DNA of 64,000 nucleotides, from positions 15,937 to 79,936 of the forward strand of contig JAKMFW010000015.1 in NCBI GenBank assembly GCA_022425325.1, in the 5' to 3' direction. A program made the translations under genes and the position numbers. The notes beneath the pieces were generated by a model. That model was not told the origin of the DNA, made no database searches, and was given only the letters and a program-made list of their open reading frames with translations. This DNA is from Acidimicrobiales bacterium (GTDB taxonomy: Bacteria > Actinomycetota > Acidimicrobiia > Acidimicrobiales > Aldehydirespiratoraceae). Positions 8,905-19,120 of the stretch are shown here, piece after piece. The stretch's first letter is position 1; every line of letters starts with the position of its first letter.

Positions 8905-10266
8905 CTAGGCGCCGGAGCCGCCGCCCAGGGTCAGACCATCGAGAACCAAGGAGGGCACCAGAGTGCCGCCCGGTTGACGTTCGAGATCGGCACCGACACG
9001 AGCCACGTCGAGCAGCATCCGAGGGATGGCACCGGCGAGTGTGCCCTCGCGGATCGGTTCGGCGAGTTCACCATTGCGGATGACAACACCCTCGACACCG
9101 ACCGAGAAGTCGCCGCTGACAGCGTTCACACCACTGTGCAGGCCCTGCAGCGAGGCGATGAGCAACCCGTCGTCGATCAAGGCGATGAACGCGTCAAGGT
9201 CACCCTCACCAGGGCCGACCGACAACGACCGGTGACCGGGGCTGGGCGTGCCGCGCACGGACCGGAGTGCAGAGCCGGTCGACGACACCCCGAGACCACG
9301 GGCACTGCGAGCGTCGTGAAGGAAGCCCTGCAGGACGCCCTCCGAGATCAGCGGAACACGCCGACAGGCGAGACCTTCGCCGTCGAAGGCCGAGGCGCTG
9401 AGCGAGTCGGGGTCGGTGGGGTCGTCGAACATCGTGAGCGCCTCGGTGGCGATGGCCTCGCCGACACGGTCACCGAAGGGGGTGCGGCCCTTCACCACCA
9501 GCTCGCCCGAGAGCATGCCGGCGACGATGCCGAGAATCGTTGCGGTGAATCGAGGCTCGAGGACCACCAGTGGTCGACCGGTGGTGGGGGGTCCGGCGCC
9601 CAGAAGACGGACACCCCGCTCGACCGCGAGCCGGGCGACCTCCTCGATGTCGAGCAACTGCGGCGCCGCGGCAGCGTCGCCTGCATAGCCGGTGCGGGTG
9701 GAGCCGTCGGGATCGTCGATGAGCGGCTGTGTGCCGATCGATGCCGATGCCCCGCGATCCCAGCCGTCGATCCCAGCCGTGGAGACGATGGCGCTCTCAC
9801 CGCGGGAGTCGGCGTACATCGAGGTGCGGACGCCTCGAACCCGAGGATCGGCGCCCCGGGTGGCGGCTTCGAGCGCAACCGCGATCGCAACCTTGTCGTC
9901 GACCGAGGTCGCCTCGATGCGATCGTCCCAGGGATCAATGTCGGCGGCGTCGACGCCGTCGGGTTCGGCAAGGCCGACCCGATCATCGGGTTCGGCGAAC
10001 GACATGTTGTCGCGGGCCTCGGCAAGAAGTGTGTCGATCACGTCGGGATCCCACGAGCCTGCGTGGGCGAGCCCTTCCCGTCCATCGCGGATCACCCGAA
10101 CACCGACACCGCGACTCTCAGCGACGGTGAGCGACTCAACCTCGCCGTCGTAGACACGGATCTCGGTGCGCACCGACGAACCGGCACACACCTCCACCTG
10201 TTCGCCGGCTTCAGCTCGACCCACGAGCGCGCGGGCAAGACGCCGGGATTCGGGGATCTCCCCCAT
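8905..10266 (-). CDS. TldE/PmbA family protein (paralog 2)
   Basis: GVGVRVI, FDGEG, GLHSGVNAVSGDFS; no HExxxH motif. Confidence 0.88.
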   Translation of the reverse strand: MGEIPESRRLARALVGRAEAGEQVEVCAGSSVRTEIRVYDGEVESLTVAESRGVGVRVIRDGREGLAHAGSWDPDVIDTLLAEARDNMSFAEPDDRVGLAEPDGVDAADIDPWDDRIEATSVDDKVAIAVALEAATRGADPRVRGVRTSMYADSRGESAIVSTAGIDGWDRGASASIGTQPLIDDPDGSTRTGYAGDAAAAPQLLDIEEVARLAVERGVRLLGAGPPTTGRPLVVLEPRFTATILGIVAGMLSGELVVKGRTPFGDRVGEAIATEALTMFDDPTDPDSLSASAFDGEGLACRRVPLISEGVLQGFLHDARSARGLGVSSTGSALRSVRGTPSPGHRSLSVGPGEGDLDAFIALIDDGLLIASLQGLHSGVNAVSGDFSVGVEGVVIRNGELAEPIREGTLAGAIPRMLLDVARVGADLERQPGGTLVPSLVLDGLTLGGGSGA

Positions 10267-11609
10267 CACGCGCCCGACATGGTGACGTCGCCCACGACGA
10301 GCGAGACGCCCGCCGAACTCATCGGCAGCCACTGGAGGTCATCGCCGATACCGGTGACCTCCTGGAGCAGGCGTTGGACGGTCGACGCGATGGTGACTTC
10401 ACGGATCGGTTCGGCGAGTTCGCCGTCACGGATGCGCAGCCCCTCGGCCCCGGTGGAGAAATCACCCGATACCGGGTTGACCCCCGAGTGGAGCCCGGAG
10501 ACGCCCTGGACGAGGAAGCCGTTGTCAATGCCGGCGATCAGTTCGGACTGGCTCTGCGTCCCGGGGAGGAGCGTGAGCGCCTGGGCGCCGACGGACGGTC
10601 CGCTCTTGAAGCCGCCTCGGACGGCCGACCCGGTCGAGGACGAACCGGCACGACGGGCGGAATACGCATTGTGCAGGAAGGCCTGCAGTTCGCCGTCGAC
10701 GATCAAGGGGGTGCGGCGGGTAGCGATGCCCTCGCCGTCGAGGGCGCTCGCCGTGAACGCCGCCGGGTCGGTGGCATCATCGACAAGGGTGATCATCGGG
10801 TTGGCGACGACGTCGCCGAGTCGGTCGGCGAACATCGAGCGGCCCTTCAACACCGCTTCGCCGGTGAGGGTGTGACCGACGATGCCAAGGAACTGAGCGG
10901 TCACCCACGGGTCGAACACGACCGTGAGCCGCTCGCTCCCCGGCTTGGATGCCCCAAGAAGCCGGGTGGCGCGGTCAGCCGCATCGGCGGCGGCGATGGC
11001 CGGGTCGAGCTCGCTCGGGTCGCGGCCGATCGAGAACCCGAAACCGGTCTGGGTCTCGCCATCGGCTTCGGCGAGCGTGTACACGGAGACGTAGCAACCG
11101 GTCTCGCGGGCCGCAGCGGCGATACCCGTCGAGGTGGCAACCGCCGACTCGTACGCAGTGTCGATGTATTCGGCCGACTCGATGCCCGAGATCCGGGTGT
11201 CGGCTGCGAGCGCCGCCCGCTCGAGCTCGATCGCCAGGGCGATCTTTTCCTCGGTCGGGAACGCCCCCACGGCGTCGCTCCACAGTTCGAGCGACGCCGG
11301 TTCGACGCTGTCGGGCACGGCGAGCCCGTTGAACTCGTCGGGTTCGGCGAACGAGGCGTTGTCACGGGCCTCGCGGAGGGTCTCCTGCAGCGCGGTGTCG
11401 TCGAGGGTGCCGGCATAGGCGTAGCCCTGCTTGCCGTCGACGATGACCCGGACACCGACACCCTGAGACTCCGCTCGGGTGAACGACTCGACCTCGCCCT
11501 CGTAGGCGCGGACCTCGGTCTCGGTCTCGTGGACGACGAACGCTTCGACCTGCTCGCCGTCGTTGGCCCACCCGGCAACGCGGGTGGCGATGTCAAGGAG
11601 TTCCGACAT
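10266..11609 (-). CDS. TldE/PmbA family protein (paralog 1)
   Basis: GVGVRVIVDGKQGYAY, LDGEG, GLHSGVNPVSGDFS; no HExxxH motif. Confidence 0.9.
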   Translation of the reverse strand: MSELLDIATRVAGWANDGEQVEAFVVHETETEVRAYEGEVESFTRAESQGVGVRVIVDGKQGYAYAGTLDDTALQETLREARDNASFAEPDEFNGLAVPDSVEPASLELWSDAVGAFPTEEKIALAIELERAALAADTRISGIESAEYIDTAYESAVATSTGIAAAARETGCYVSVYTLAEADGETQTGFGFSIGRDPSELDPAIAAADAADRATRLLGASKPGSERLTVVFDPWVTAQFLGIVGHTLTGEAVLKGRSMFADRLGDVVANPMITLVDDATDPAAFTASALDGEGIATRRTPLIVDGELQAFLHNAYSARRAGSSSTGSAVRGGFKSGPSVGAQALTLLPGTQSQSELIAGIDNGFLVQGVSGLHSGVNPVSGDFSTGAEGLRIRDGELAEPIREVTIASTVQRLLQEVTGIGDDLQWLPMSSAGVSLVVGDVTMSGA

Positions 11610-11612
11610 GGA

Positions 11613-13004
11613 TCAGGCGGCCGTACCGCCGACGGTGAGCGACGTGACCCGAAGCGTCGGGGTGCCGTCGCCGACCGGAACACCTTGGCCGTCCTTGCCG
11701 CACGTGCCGGGTGACCCCATCGCGAAGTCGTGGCCGAGCCGGTCGATGCGGGTGAGCACCTCCGGACCGTTGCCGATCAGGTTGCCCTCACGGATCGGGT
11801 CGGTGATCTCGCCGTTTTCGATCAGGTAGGCCTCAGTCATGCCGAAAACGAAATCGCCGGTGGCGGTGTTGACCTGCCCGCCGCCGAGCTGCGCCACGTA
11901 CACACCGGAGTCGGTGTCGGCGATGATCGCCTCGGGGTCGTCGTGGCCAGCGGTGATGTAGGTGTTGGTCATCCGCACCATCGGGAGGTGCTGGTAGCTC
12001 TGGCGGCGGCCGTTGCCCGAGGACAGACGACCCTCCTTACGAGCCCGGAGCTGGTCCCACATGTAGTCGGTGAGCACACCGTCCTGAATCAAGACGTTGT
12101 GACCGGCAGGACGGCCCTCGTCGTCGATGGCGAAGTAGCCCCACTCGCCCGCCATGGTGCCGTCGTCGATGAGCGTGACCAGCGGGGAGGCGACCTGCTC
12201 GCCGACACGGTTCGCGAAGACCGACGCCCCCTTGCCGACCAGGTCAGCTTCGAGACCGTGACCACACGCCTCGTGGAACAGCACGCCGCCGCCACCGGGG
12301 CCGACCACAACGGGAACCGCGCCGGACGGAGCCGGGCGGGCGGAGAGCTTCGTGATGGCACGCTCGGCGGCGCGTCGACCCATCTCCTCGACATCCGCCT
12401 CATCGAACAATTCGAAGCCGACGGTGCGACCGGTCGACTCTCGCCCGGTCTGCAGACCGGTGTCGCCGCTCGCAACACACGACACCGAGAAGAGCGTGCG
12501 GACCTGGTCGTCCTCGGCGAGCACACCATCGGAGTTGGCGACCAGGATGCGGCGACGGGAGTCGCCGTAGCGGGCCGACACCTGAGAGATCGCGCTGCCC
12601 TGGGCCCGAGCGGCCTCGTTGGCGAGCGTGAGCAGGCCGACCTTGGTCGCTTTGGCGACGCCCTCAGGCGGGATTCGAACCGGGACCGAACGTTCGACAT
12701 CGATCGGCGAGACGGCGACGACCTTCGCCCCACCCCCGCCACCGCGAGCCGCGGCAGCAGCAGCCTCGGCGGCGGCCGACAGCCCCGCCTCGGAGAGGTC
12801 GGCGGTGTGAGCGAAACCCGTGGTGTCGCCAACGACAACCCGGATGCCGGCGCCTCGATCACGCCCACTGGTTAGTTCCTCGACCCGTCCGTCGTCGAGC
12901 ACCGCCGACGAGGAGCGCTTGTCCTCGACGAACACTTCGGCGAATTCGCCGCCGGTTCGCATCGCAGTGGACAGGGTGCGGTTGATGAGCTCGTGGTCGA
13001 GCAC
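11613..13004 (-). CDS. tldD: TldD metalloprotease
   Basis: FHEACGHGLEAD, DDEG, GNGRR...PMVRMTNT, CGKDGQGVPV. Confidence 0.93.
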   Translation of the reverse strand: MLDHELINRTLSTAMRTGGEFAEVFVEDKRSSSAVLDDGRVEELTSGRDRGAGIRVVVGDTTGFAHTADLSEAGLSAAAEAAAAAARGGGGGAKVVAVSPIDVERSVPVRIPPEGVAKATKVGLLTLANEAARAQGSAISQVSARYGDSRRRILVANSDGVLAEDDQVRTLFSVSCVASGDTGLQTGRESTGRTVGFELFDEADVEEMGRRAAERAITKLSARPAPSGAVPVVVGPGGGGVLFHEACGHGLEADLVGKGASVFANRVGEQVASPLVTLIDDGTMAGEWGYFAIDDEGRPAGHNVLIQDGVLTDYMWDQLRARKEGRLSSGNGRRQSYQHLPMVRMTNTYITAGHDDPEAIIADTDSGVYVAQLGGGQVNTATGDFVFGMTEAYLIENGEITDPIREGNLIGNGPEVLTRIDRLGHDFAMGSPGTCGKDGQGVPVGDGTPTLRVTSLTVGGTAA

Positions 13005-13103
13005 GGCGCCTCCGGAGAAGAGCGGACAGGACTCGCCAGACTATCCCCGAGCTCGGCCCTACTCGCCCGTCGGGCCGGCCCCACTGGGTTACGCTCTCCG
13101 CCC

Positions 13104-13931
13104 ATGTCCGACGCCGGCGACGACACCACCGACGACGCCGCCCCCCTTCGTTGGTGGGTCGAGATCGGGCTGACGGTTGCGTTCTATGTCGTGTACTCGG
13201 CAATTCGGAACCAGTTCGGCTCGGCGCTCGGCGACTCGGTTCGGGACGCGTCGTTCCGCAACGCCGAACGCATCATCGACATCGAGCAGGCGATGGGGCT
13301 CTATGTCGAAGAGTGGATCCACAACACCTTCCTTGCGTGGGACTGGTTCATCGTCTTCTGGAACGTCTTCTACGGCACGTTCCACTTCGCGGTGACCATC
13401 GGCGCAATGGTGCTGCTGTTCGCCCGCCATCCCGAGCGCTACACGTTCATGCGGTCGACCCTTGCGGCCACCACCGGTGTCGCGCTCGTCGGCTTTGCGT
13501 TCTTCCCCCTGATGCCGCCCCGACTGCTCGGCAACTGCACCTCGCAGTTCGGGGCGTGCGAGGACGGCTTCGACTACACCGACACCCTGGTCGATCCCGG
13601 CGGCCTCTGGTCCTTCGAGTCCGGCACCATGGAAACCATCAGCAACCAATACGCCGCAATGCCGAGCCTGCACATCGCCTGGGCCATCTGGTGCACCGTG
13701 GCGCTGTACCCGGTGCTGCACCGGCGTTGGGCCCGGGCCCTGATCGTGGCCTACCCGGTCGCAACCATGTTTGCGATCGTCGTCACGGCGAATCACTTCT
13801 GGCTTGATGCCGTCGGCGGCGTGATCGCCCTCGGTGTCGGCCTGAAGGTTGCACCCCGCCTGACCCGGCTCTTGCCGGGTCCGAGCGGTACCCTTCCGGG
13901 TGATGTTGCTCGACGCCCTCAGCGGGCCTGA
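13104..13931 (+). CDS. PAP2/AUR1-like (inositol phosphorylceramide synthase-like) membrane protein
   Basis: PLMPPRL, YAAMPSLHIAWA, TANHFWLD motifs; multiple TMs. Confidence 0.82.
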   Translation: MSDAGDDTTDDAAPLRWWVEIGLTVAFYVVYSAIRNQFGSALGDSVRDASFRNAERIIDIEQAMGLYVEEWIHNTFLAWDWFIVFWNVFYGTFHFAVTIGAMVLLFARHPERYTFMRSTLAATTGVALVGFAFFPLMPPRLLGNCTSQFGACEDGFDYTDTLVDPGGLWSFESGTMETISNQYAAMPSLHIAWAIWCTVALYPVLHRRWARALIVAYPVATMFAIVVTANHFWLDAVGGVIALGVGLKVAPRLTRLLPGPSGTLPGDVARRPQRA

Positions 13932-15750
13932 CGACCTTCGCGGCCGCTCCCTCGAGGAGCTTGACGATCTCGCCGACCAGATTCGCGAGCTGATCATCGA
14001 CTCGGTGAACGACCACGGTGGCCATCTCGGATCGAATCTCGGTGCCGTCGAGCTCTCGATCGCGCTGCACCGGGTCTTCCGGTCGCCCCATGACCTCATC
14101 CTCTGGGACACCGGCCACCAGGCGTACGTGCACAAGATCCTCACCGGCCGGGCACGCGACTTCACCAACCTGCGCGAGGGCGGCGGCCTGTCCGGCTACC
14201 CGAACCGCAGCGAGTCCGAGCACGACTGGATCGAGAACTCCCACGCATCGACCGTCCTGAGCTACGCCCACGGGCTCGCCACGGCCTTCGAGGCCGCCGA
14301 TGCCCGTCGACGCATCGTGGCGGTGATCGGCGACGGCGCCATGACCGGTGGCATGGCCTTCGAGGGCCTCAACAATCTCGGCCATGCTGGCAGCGACGTC
14401 ACGATCGTTCTCAACGACAACGGTCGCTCCTACGCCCCCACCGTCTCTCGACTGTCCGAGAGCCTGGTGAAGATCCGCAACAACCCGATCTATATGCGCC
14501 GCCAGGCCAAGATCGAGGAGATCGCCGAGCGCATCCCCTGGGTCGGCGAGCAGATCGGCCGAGGTGTGCGCATGTCGAAAGCGGCGGTGCGCGAGATGTG
14601 GGAGCCGTCGGCGTTTTTCGAGGATCTCGGCGTCCGCTACATGGGCCCCTTCGACGGTCACGACATCGCCTCAATGGAAGAGGCCTTCGAGAACGCCGCC
14701 GAGTTCGACGGGCCTGTCGTCGTCCATGTGCTCACCCAGAAGGGCAAGGGATTCGCTCCCGCCGAACAGGACGAGATCAAGGCGATGCACGATGCCAAGC
14801 CCGGCCTCGCCGACAACGGCGGTGCCGCCAAGACCGGCTCTTACACCGCAGCGTTCTCCGAGACCCTCGTGAAGCTCGGCGACCAGCACCCCGAGCTCGT
14901 GGCGATCACCGCCGCCATGCCCGACTCCACCGGTCTCCTGCCGTTCCGCGACCGGTTCCCCGATCGATGCATCGATGTCGGCATCGCCGAGCAGCACGCC
15001 GTCACGGCGGCAGCCGGAATGGCGATGGGTGGCCTCCGCCCGCTCGTCGCCGTCTACTCGACCTTCCTCACCCGGGCGATCGACCAGGTCAACCTCGATG
15101 TCGGCCTGCACGGCCTCCCGGTGATCTTCTGTCTCGACCGCGCCGGTATCACCGGCCCCGACGGTGCGAGTCATCACGGTGTGCTCGATCTCGTGCTCCT
15201 CACGAAGGTCCCGGGCATGACGGTGTTCGCCCCGTCGAGTTACCAGGAACTCGAGCAGATGCTCGAGGACGCCATGGACATCACGACCGGCCCGGTTGCG
15301 ATCCGTTGGTCGCGCGGAGCGGCCGCCCACGCCGAGCACGGCGACGTCGGCTCAGGGCTATCCGCTCGCAAGATCCGAGCCGGCGACGGCCGCGTCGCAC
15401 TGCTCGGCTTCGGCCAGATGCTTCCCGCAGCCGAGAAGGCAGCGGCGATCCTCGCCACCGAAGGCATCGACGCCACCGTCTACGACCCGCGGGTCGTGCT
15501 CCCACTCGATCCCGCCATGATCGACGACATCGCCGGTCACGACTGTGTCGTCTCGGTCGAGGACGGGCTCCGCATGGGCGGCGCAGGTGCCGAGGTGAGA
15601 GACGCGCTCGGCGAACGCGGCGCCTCGTGCCGAGTCCGAGTGCTCGGCGTGCCCACCGAATACATCCCGCACGACGACCCCGACGTCATTCACGCTCGGT
15701 TCGGACTCGACGGCGAGGGCATCGCCGCCAGCGTGCGCGCTCTGCTCTGA
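13903..15750 (+). CDS. dxs: 1-deoxy-D-xylulose-5-phosphate synthase
   Basis: GGHLGSNLGAVEL, WDTGHQAYVHK, GDGAMTGG...NDN, DVGIAEQHA, DRAG, DGASH. Confidence 0.97.
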   Translation: MLLDALSGPDDLRGRSLEELDDLADQIRELIIDSVNDHGGHLGSNLGAVELSIALHRVFRSPHDLILWDTGHQAYVHKILTGRARDFTNLREGGGLSGYPNRSESEHDWIENSHASTVLSYAHGLATAFEAADARRRIVAVIGDGAMTGGMAFEGLNNLGHAGSDVTIVLNDNGRSYAPTVSRLSESLVKIRNNPIYMRRQAKIEEIAERIPWVGEQIGRGVRMSKAAVREMWEPSAFFEDLGVRYMGPFDGHDIASMEEAFENAAEFDGPVVVHVLTQKGKGFAPAEQDEIKAMHDAKPGLADNGGAAKTGSYTAAFSETLVKLGDQHPELVAITAAMPDSTGLLPFRDRFPDRCIDVGIAEQHAVTAAAGMAMGGLRPLVAVYSTFLTRAIDQVNLDVGLHGLPVIFCLDRAGITGPDGASHHGVLDLVLLTKVPGMTVFAPSSYQELEQMLEDAMDITTGPVAIRWSRGAAAHAEHGDVGSGLSARKIRAGDGRVALLGFGQMLPAAEKAAAILATEGIDATVYDPRVVLPLDPAMIDDIAGHDCVVSVEDGLRMGGAGAEVRDALGERGASCRVRVLGVPTEYIPHDDPDVIHARFGLDGEGIAASVRALL

Positions 15751-15777
15751 TCGTTCTCGCCCGGCAGGCGGGCGGAC

Positions 15778-16410
15778 TCAGGTGTAGTAGGGGTTCTCAC
15801 CCTGCTCGTGATCGGTGGTGTCGACCACTTCGGTGATCTCCGGCACCGCCTCGAGAATCGCTCGCTGAATGCCCTCCTGCAGGGTCGCTGCGCTCATCGA
15901 GCATCCCTGGCAGCCGCCACCCATCGTGACGAACGCCTTCTCGCCCTCGACCCCGACGAGTTCGGCATAGCCACCGTGGGCGGCCAGCGCAGGGTTGATG
16001 CGCTCGGTCAGCAAGGTGCGCACCTTGTCGGCGGCGTCGCCGACAAGTTCGAGTTGTCCGAGGTCGCCCAGCGGGTTGGGGCGATTGGGGTTGCGGATCA
16101 CGAGACCGCCCTGGCCGGCGACCGACGGCAGGTCGAGCGTGGCGCCGCGCATCGCGTCGACACTGTTCGCCGGAATGATGACCGACAAGCCGTCGTTGGT
16201 GTGCACGAAGTCATCGTCGGCAGCCTCGGCCACCGGTTCGAGCGAGAGGTCGTAGGTGTAGTCGGCACCGTTGGCACCGGTGACCTCGACTCGCAGGCCC
16301 AAGAGCTCGGCGTCGTCCTCGTTGGACCGGATGTCGAGCACCGTCGCACGAGCGGCGTCGGTGACGATCATGATCTCCTCGGCGGTGTCAGCGGGGGCAG
16401 TGTCGGTCAT
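15778..16410 (-). CDS. nfuA: Fe/S biogenesis protein NfuA
   Basis: Degenerate A-type N-domain plus NifU domain INPALAAHGG, GGGCQGC; ends TDHEQGENPYY. Confidence 0.9.
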   Translation of the reverse strand: MTDTAPADTAEEIMIVTDAARATVLDIRSNEDDAELLGLRVEVTGANGADYTYDLSLEPVAEAADDDFVHTNDGLSVIIPANSVDAMRGATLDLPSVAGQGGLVIRNPNRPNPLGDLGQLELVGDAADKVRTLLTERINPALAAHGGYAELVGVEGEKAFVTMGGGCQGCSMSAATLQEGIQRAILEAVPEITEVVDTTDHEQGENPYYT

Positions 16411-16505
16411 GGTGTTCAGGCTAACGCCGCCTCGGCGCTGCGCATTCCCGCCGCGAACCGAGAACCCGCCACGTCCGGCGGCCCCGCTCTCGGAGGATCA
16501 CGTCG

Positions 16506-18269
16506 TCAGCCGATGCCGTCGATCTCCTCGAGTTCGGCCGAACGTTCGAGCCAGGCCTCCTCGGCCGCGGCGAGGGCCAGTTCCTGCGCAGCGAGCTCGG
16601 TGCCGACCCGGGCAATCGCCTCATGATCGGTTCCGGCACCCTCGAGTTCGTCACGGAGCGCAGCGACCACCGTTTCGAGCTTTGTGATGGCCTTCTCAGC
16701 GGTCTTGAGCTCGTGACGTACCGTGCTTCGGCTGCGATGTGCCACCTCGGACCGAGCCCGTGGCGCCGCACTCCCTTTTCCCGTCCCCGAGGTGTCGAGG
16801 GTCCGCACGTTCGACGAGCCCTCCCGGTCGGCGAGCCAGCCGGCGTAGCCGCCCGGCCAGCGCCGAGCACGGCCGTCGTCGATGACGAGCACGTCGTCGA
16901 CCGTGCGGTCGAGGAAGGCCCGGTCGTGGCTGATGGTCACCACCGCGCCGCGCCACGTGTCCAGGAATTCCTCCAACGCACGGAGGGTGTCGAGATCGAG
17001 GTCATTGGTGGGCTCATCGAGGAGCAACACGTTCGGTTTGGCCGACAACGTGAGTACCAGCTGAAGACGACGGCGCTCACCGCCCGACAACAGCTCGATC
17101 GGCGACTTCTGCACGTCGCTGTCGAACCAGAAGCGTTCGAGTAACTGTGTATCCCACCAGTCGGGTTCGGCGCCCTCACCGGCAACCGCCTGCCGGACCC
17201 GGAGCTGCGGATCGAGGTCGCGGCCTCGCTGGTCGTGCAGCCCAACCTGCACCGTCGGACCCTGGATCCGCTGCCCAGCGAGCGGCTCACGTCGACCTGC
17301 GATCACATCGAGCAGGGTCGACTTTCCGGAGCCGTTGGCGCCGACGATGCCGAGGCGCTCACGGCGGCCGAGCAGAAGATCGAGCCCCGTGACCAGCGGT
17401 GTCTCGTGGTCGTAACCGATCGTCACGTCGTGGAGTTCCACGACCTGGTCACCGAGCCTCGGCGTGCCCTTGTGCATCGAGTCGAGATCGAGGTCACCAT
17501 CCCGAGCGGCGGCTTGGGCTCGGGTGTTGATCAGCGCGGTGGCTCGCTCGATCCGGGCCTTGCTCTTTCGAGTGCGGGCCTTCGCCCCGGTGCGGAGCCA
17601 GGCGAGTTCCCGGCGAGCCAGATTCTGGCGGGTGTTCTCGGCTGCCGCAGCTCGTTCCTCGCGAGCGGCTCGTCCTTCGAGATATCCGTCGTAACCGCCC
17701 TCGTGAACATGGCTCGACCCTCGATCGAGCTCGAGCACACGGGTGGCGACCCGATCGAGCACGTAGCGATCATGGGTGACGATCACGAGCCCGCCCTTGA
17801 AGTGCTCGAGTTCGTGCTCCAGCCACTCGATCGCATCGACGTCGAGATGGTTGGTCGGCTCGTCGAGTACGAGCAGGTCGGCATCGGCGACCAGCGCTCT
17901 GGCCAACGAGACCCGCTTCTCCTGCCCGCCCGAGAGCTGGTCCACCGACCGGTCGATCACCTCCGCGAGGCCGAGGCGATGCAGCGCCGCCTCACCCCGC
18001 CAACCACCGCCGACCGCGTCGCGCACACTGCCGGACGGAAGGGTCGTGACCTGATCGACGGCGGCCATGGTGACACCACGGCCTCGACGAACCGCGCCGG
18101 TCTCCGGCTCGCGGGTGCCGGCGATGATCGACAGCAGGGTCGACTTGCCGGTGCCGTTGATGCCGACCACGCCCAGCCGGTCGCCGCTCGCTACCGTGAC
18201 GGAGACATCGGAGAACAGCGGCCGCAACGGGCGGCTCATGCTGACACGTTCGACGTCGACGAGGATCAC
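16506..18269 (-). CDS. ABC-F family ATPase (Uup-like)
   Basis: Two Walker A (GINGTGKST, GANGSGKST), LSGG signatures, DEPTN twice, coiled-coil C-terminus, no TM; GTG 18269. Confidence 0.9.
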   Translation of the reverse strand: MILVDVERVSMSRPLRPLFSDVSVTVASGDRLGVVGINGTGKSTLLSIIAGTREPETGAVRRGRGVTMAAVDQVTTLPSGSVRDAVGGGWRGEAALHRLGLAEVIDRSVDQLSGGQEKRVSLARALVADADLLVLDEPTNHLDVDAIEWLEHELEHFKGGLVIVTHDRYVLDRVATRVLELDRGSSHVHEGGYDGYLEGRAAREERAAAAENTRQNLARRELAWLRTGAKARTRKSKARIERATALINTRAQAAARDGDLDLDSMHKGTPRLGDQVVELHDVTIGYDHETPLVTGLDLLLGRRERLGIVGANGSGKSTLLDVIAGRREPLAGQRIQGPTVQVGLHDQRGRDLDPQLRVRQAVAGEGAEPDWWDTQLLERFWFDSDVQKSPIELLSGGERRRLQLVLTLSAKPNVLLLDEPTNDLDLDTLRALEEFLDTWRGAVVTISHDRAFLDRTVDDVLVIDDGRARRWPGGYAGWLADREGSSNVRTLDTSGTGKGSAAPRARSEVAHRSRSTVRHELKTAEKAITKLETVVAALRDELEGAGTDHEAIARVGTELAAQELALAAAEEAWLERSAELEEIDGIG

Positions 18270-18313
18270 GTGGCGCAGACTACGACCTACCCCCCAACCT
18301 CCCTCGAGGAACC

Positions 18314-19120
18314 GTGCCGATGAGCGGACATCACCCGATCGTCGATGCGCTCGCCGCCCGCCCACCGTGGGAACCCGCCCCACTCACGCGAGCGTTGGCC
18401 CGCCTCAGCGGCACGATCCGCTCGGTGTCAGCGACCATCGACCCGACCGAACGGCGCTGGCATGAACTCGTCGCCCAAAGCCTCGCAACGGCCGAGGGTG
18501 ACCATCGTCCGCCACTGTGGGTCGTCCTGGGCGACTCGACGGCGCAGGGCATCGGAGCTTCGAGCATCGATCACGGCTGGGTTCCTCGCCTCCACGCGGC
18601 GCTGCATGACGCGGGGCGGCCCTATGCGATCGTCAACCTGAGCCGCAGCGGCGCTCACAGCACCCACGTGATCGATGAACAACTGCCGCTGCTCGATCAC
18701 CTGCCCTACGCCGCATCGATCGTGACCATCTGTGTCGGCGGTAACGACCTGGTTGCGAACCCGTACGCCCCCCGGCTCGCCCGTCGACTCGAGCGTCTGG
18801 CCGAAGCCGCTCCTCGCGGCTCGATCCTGTGCACGTTGCCGGCACCGTCGTTCAGTCCCACCGCCAGATACGTCAACCGAGCCGTTCGGCGAGCTGCCAC
18901 CGAACACGGACATCTCGTCGCCGAACTGGGGGCCCACCTGCTCCCACCCCACCGGGGGCTGTCGGCCGATCGCTACCACCCCAACGACCGTGGCTACGAC
19001 GCGTGGGTGCGAGCCTTCGCAGAGCCCATGGGCATCGACCCGGACCTGGTTCCGCAGCGCGGCACGCTCACTTCGGCGACGTCCGACCGCGAAGGGCGAG
19101 CAACGAGAGCGTCTGGGTGA
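18314..19120 (+). CDS. SGNH/GDSL hydrolase
   Basis: LGDS, SRSGA, GGND, DRYHPN blocks; start may be ATG 18320. Confidence 0.85.
   Translation: MPMSGHHPIVDALAARPPWEPAPLTRALARLSGTIRSVSATIDPTERRWHELVAQSLATAEGDHRPPLWVVLGDSTAQGIGASSIDHGWVPRLHAALHDAGRPYAIVNLSRSGAHSTHVIDEQLPLLDHLPYAASIVTICVGGNDLVANPYAPRLARRLERLAEAAPRGSILCTLPAPSFSPTARYVNRAVRRAATEHGHLVAELGAHLLPPHRGLSADRYHPNDRGYDAWVRAFAEPMGIDPDLVPQRGTLTSATSDREGRATRASG

Noticed and set aside
8974..11714. Long plus-strand ORFs (633 aa, 446 aa) opposite the TldE genes, and similar ones such as 42171..44267, 38412..40175 and 44985..46658
   Set aside because: Antisense shadows of real genes, typical of high-GC DNA; no motifs, and the opposite strand encodes recognisable proteins
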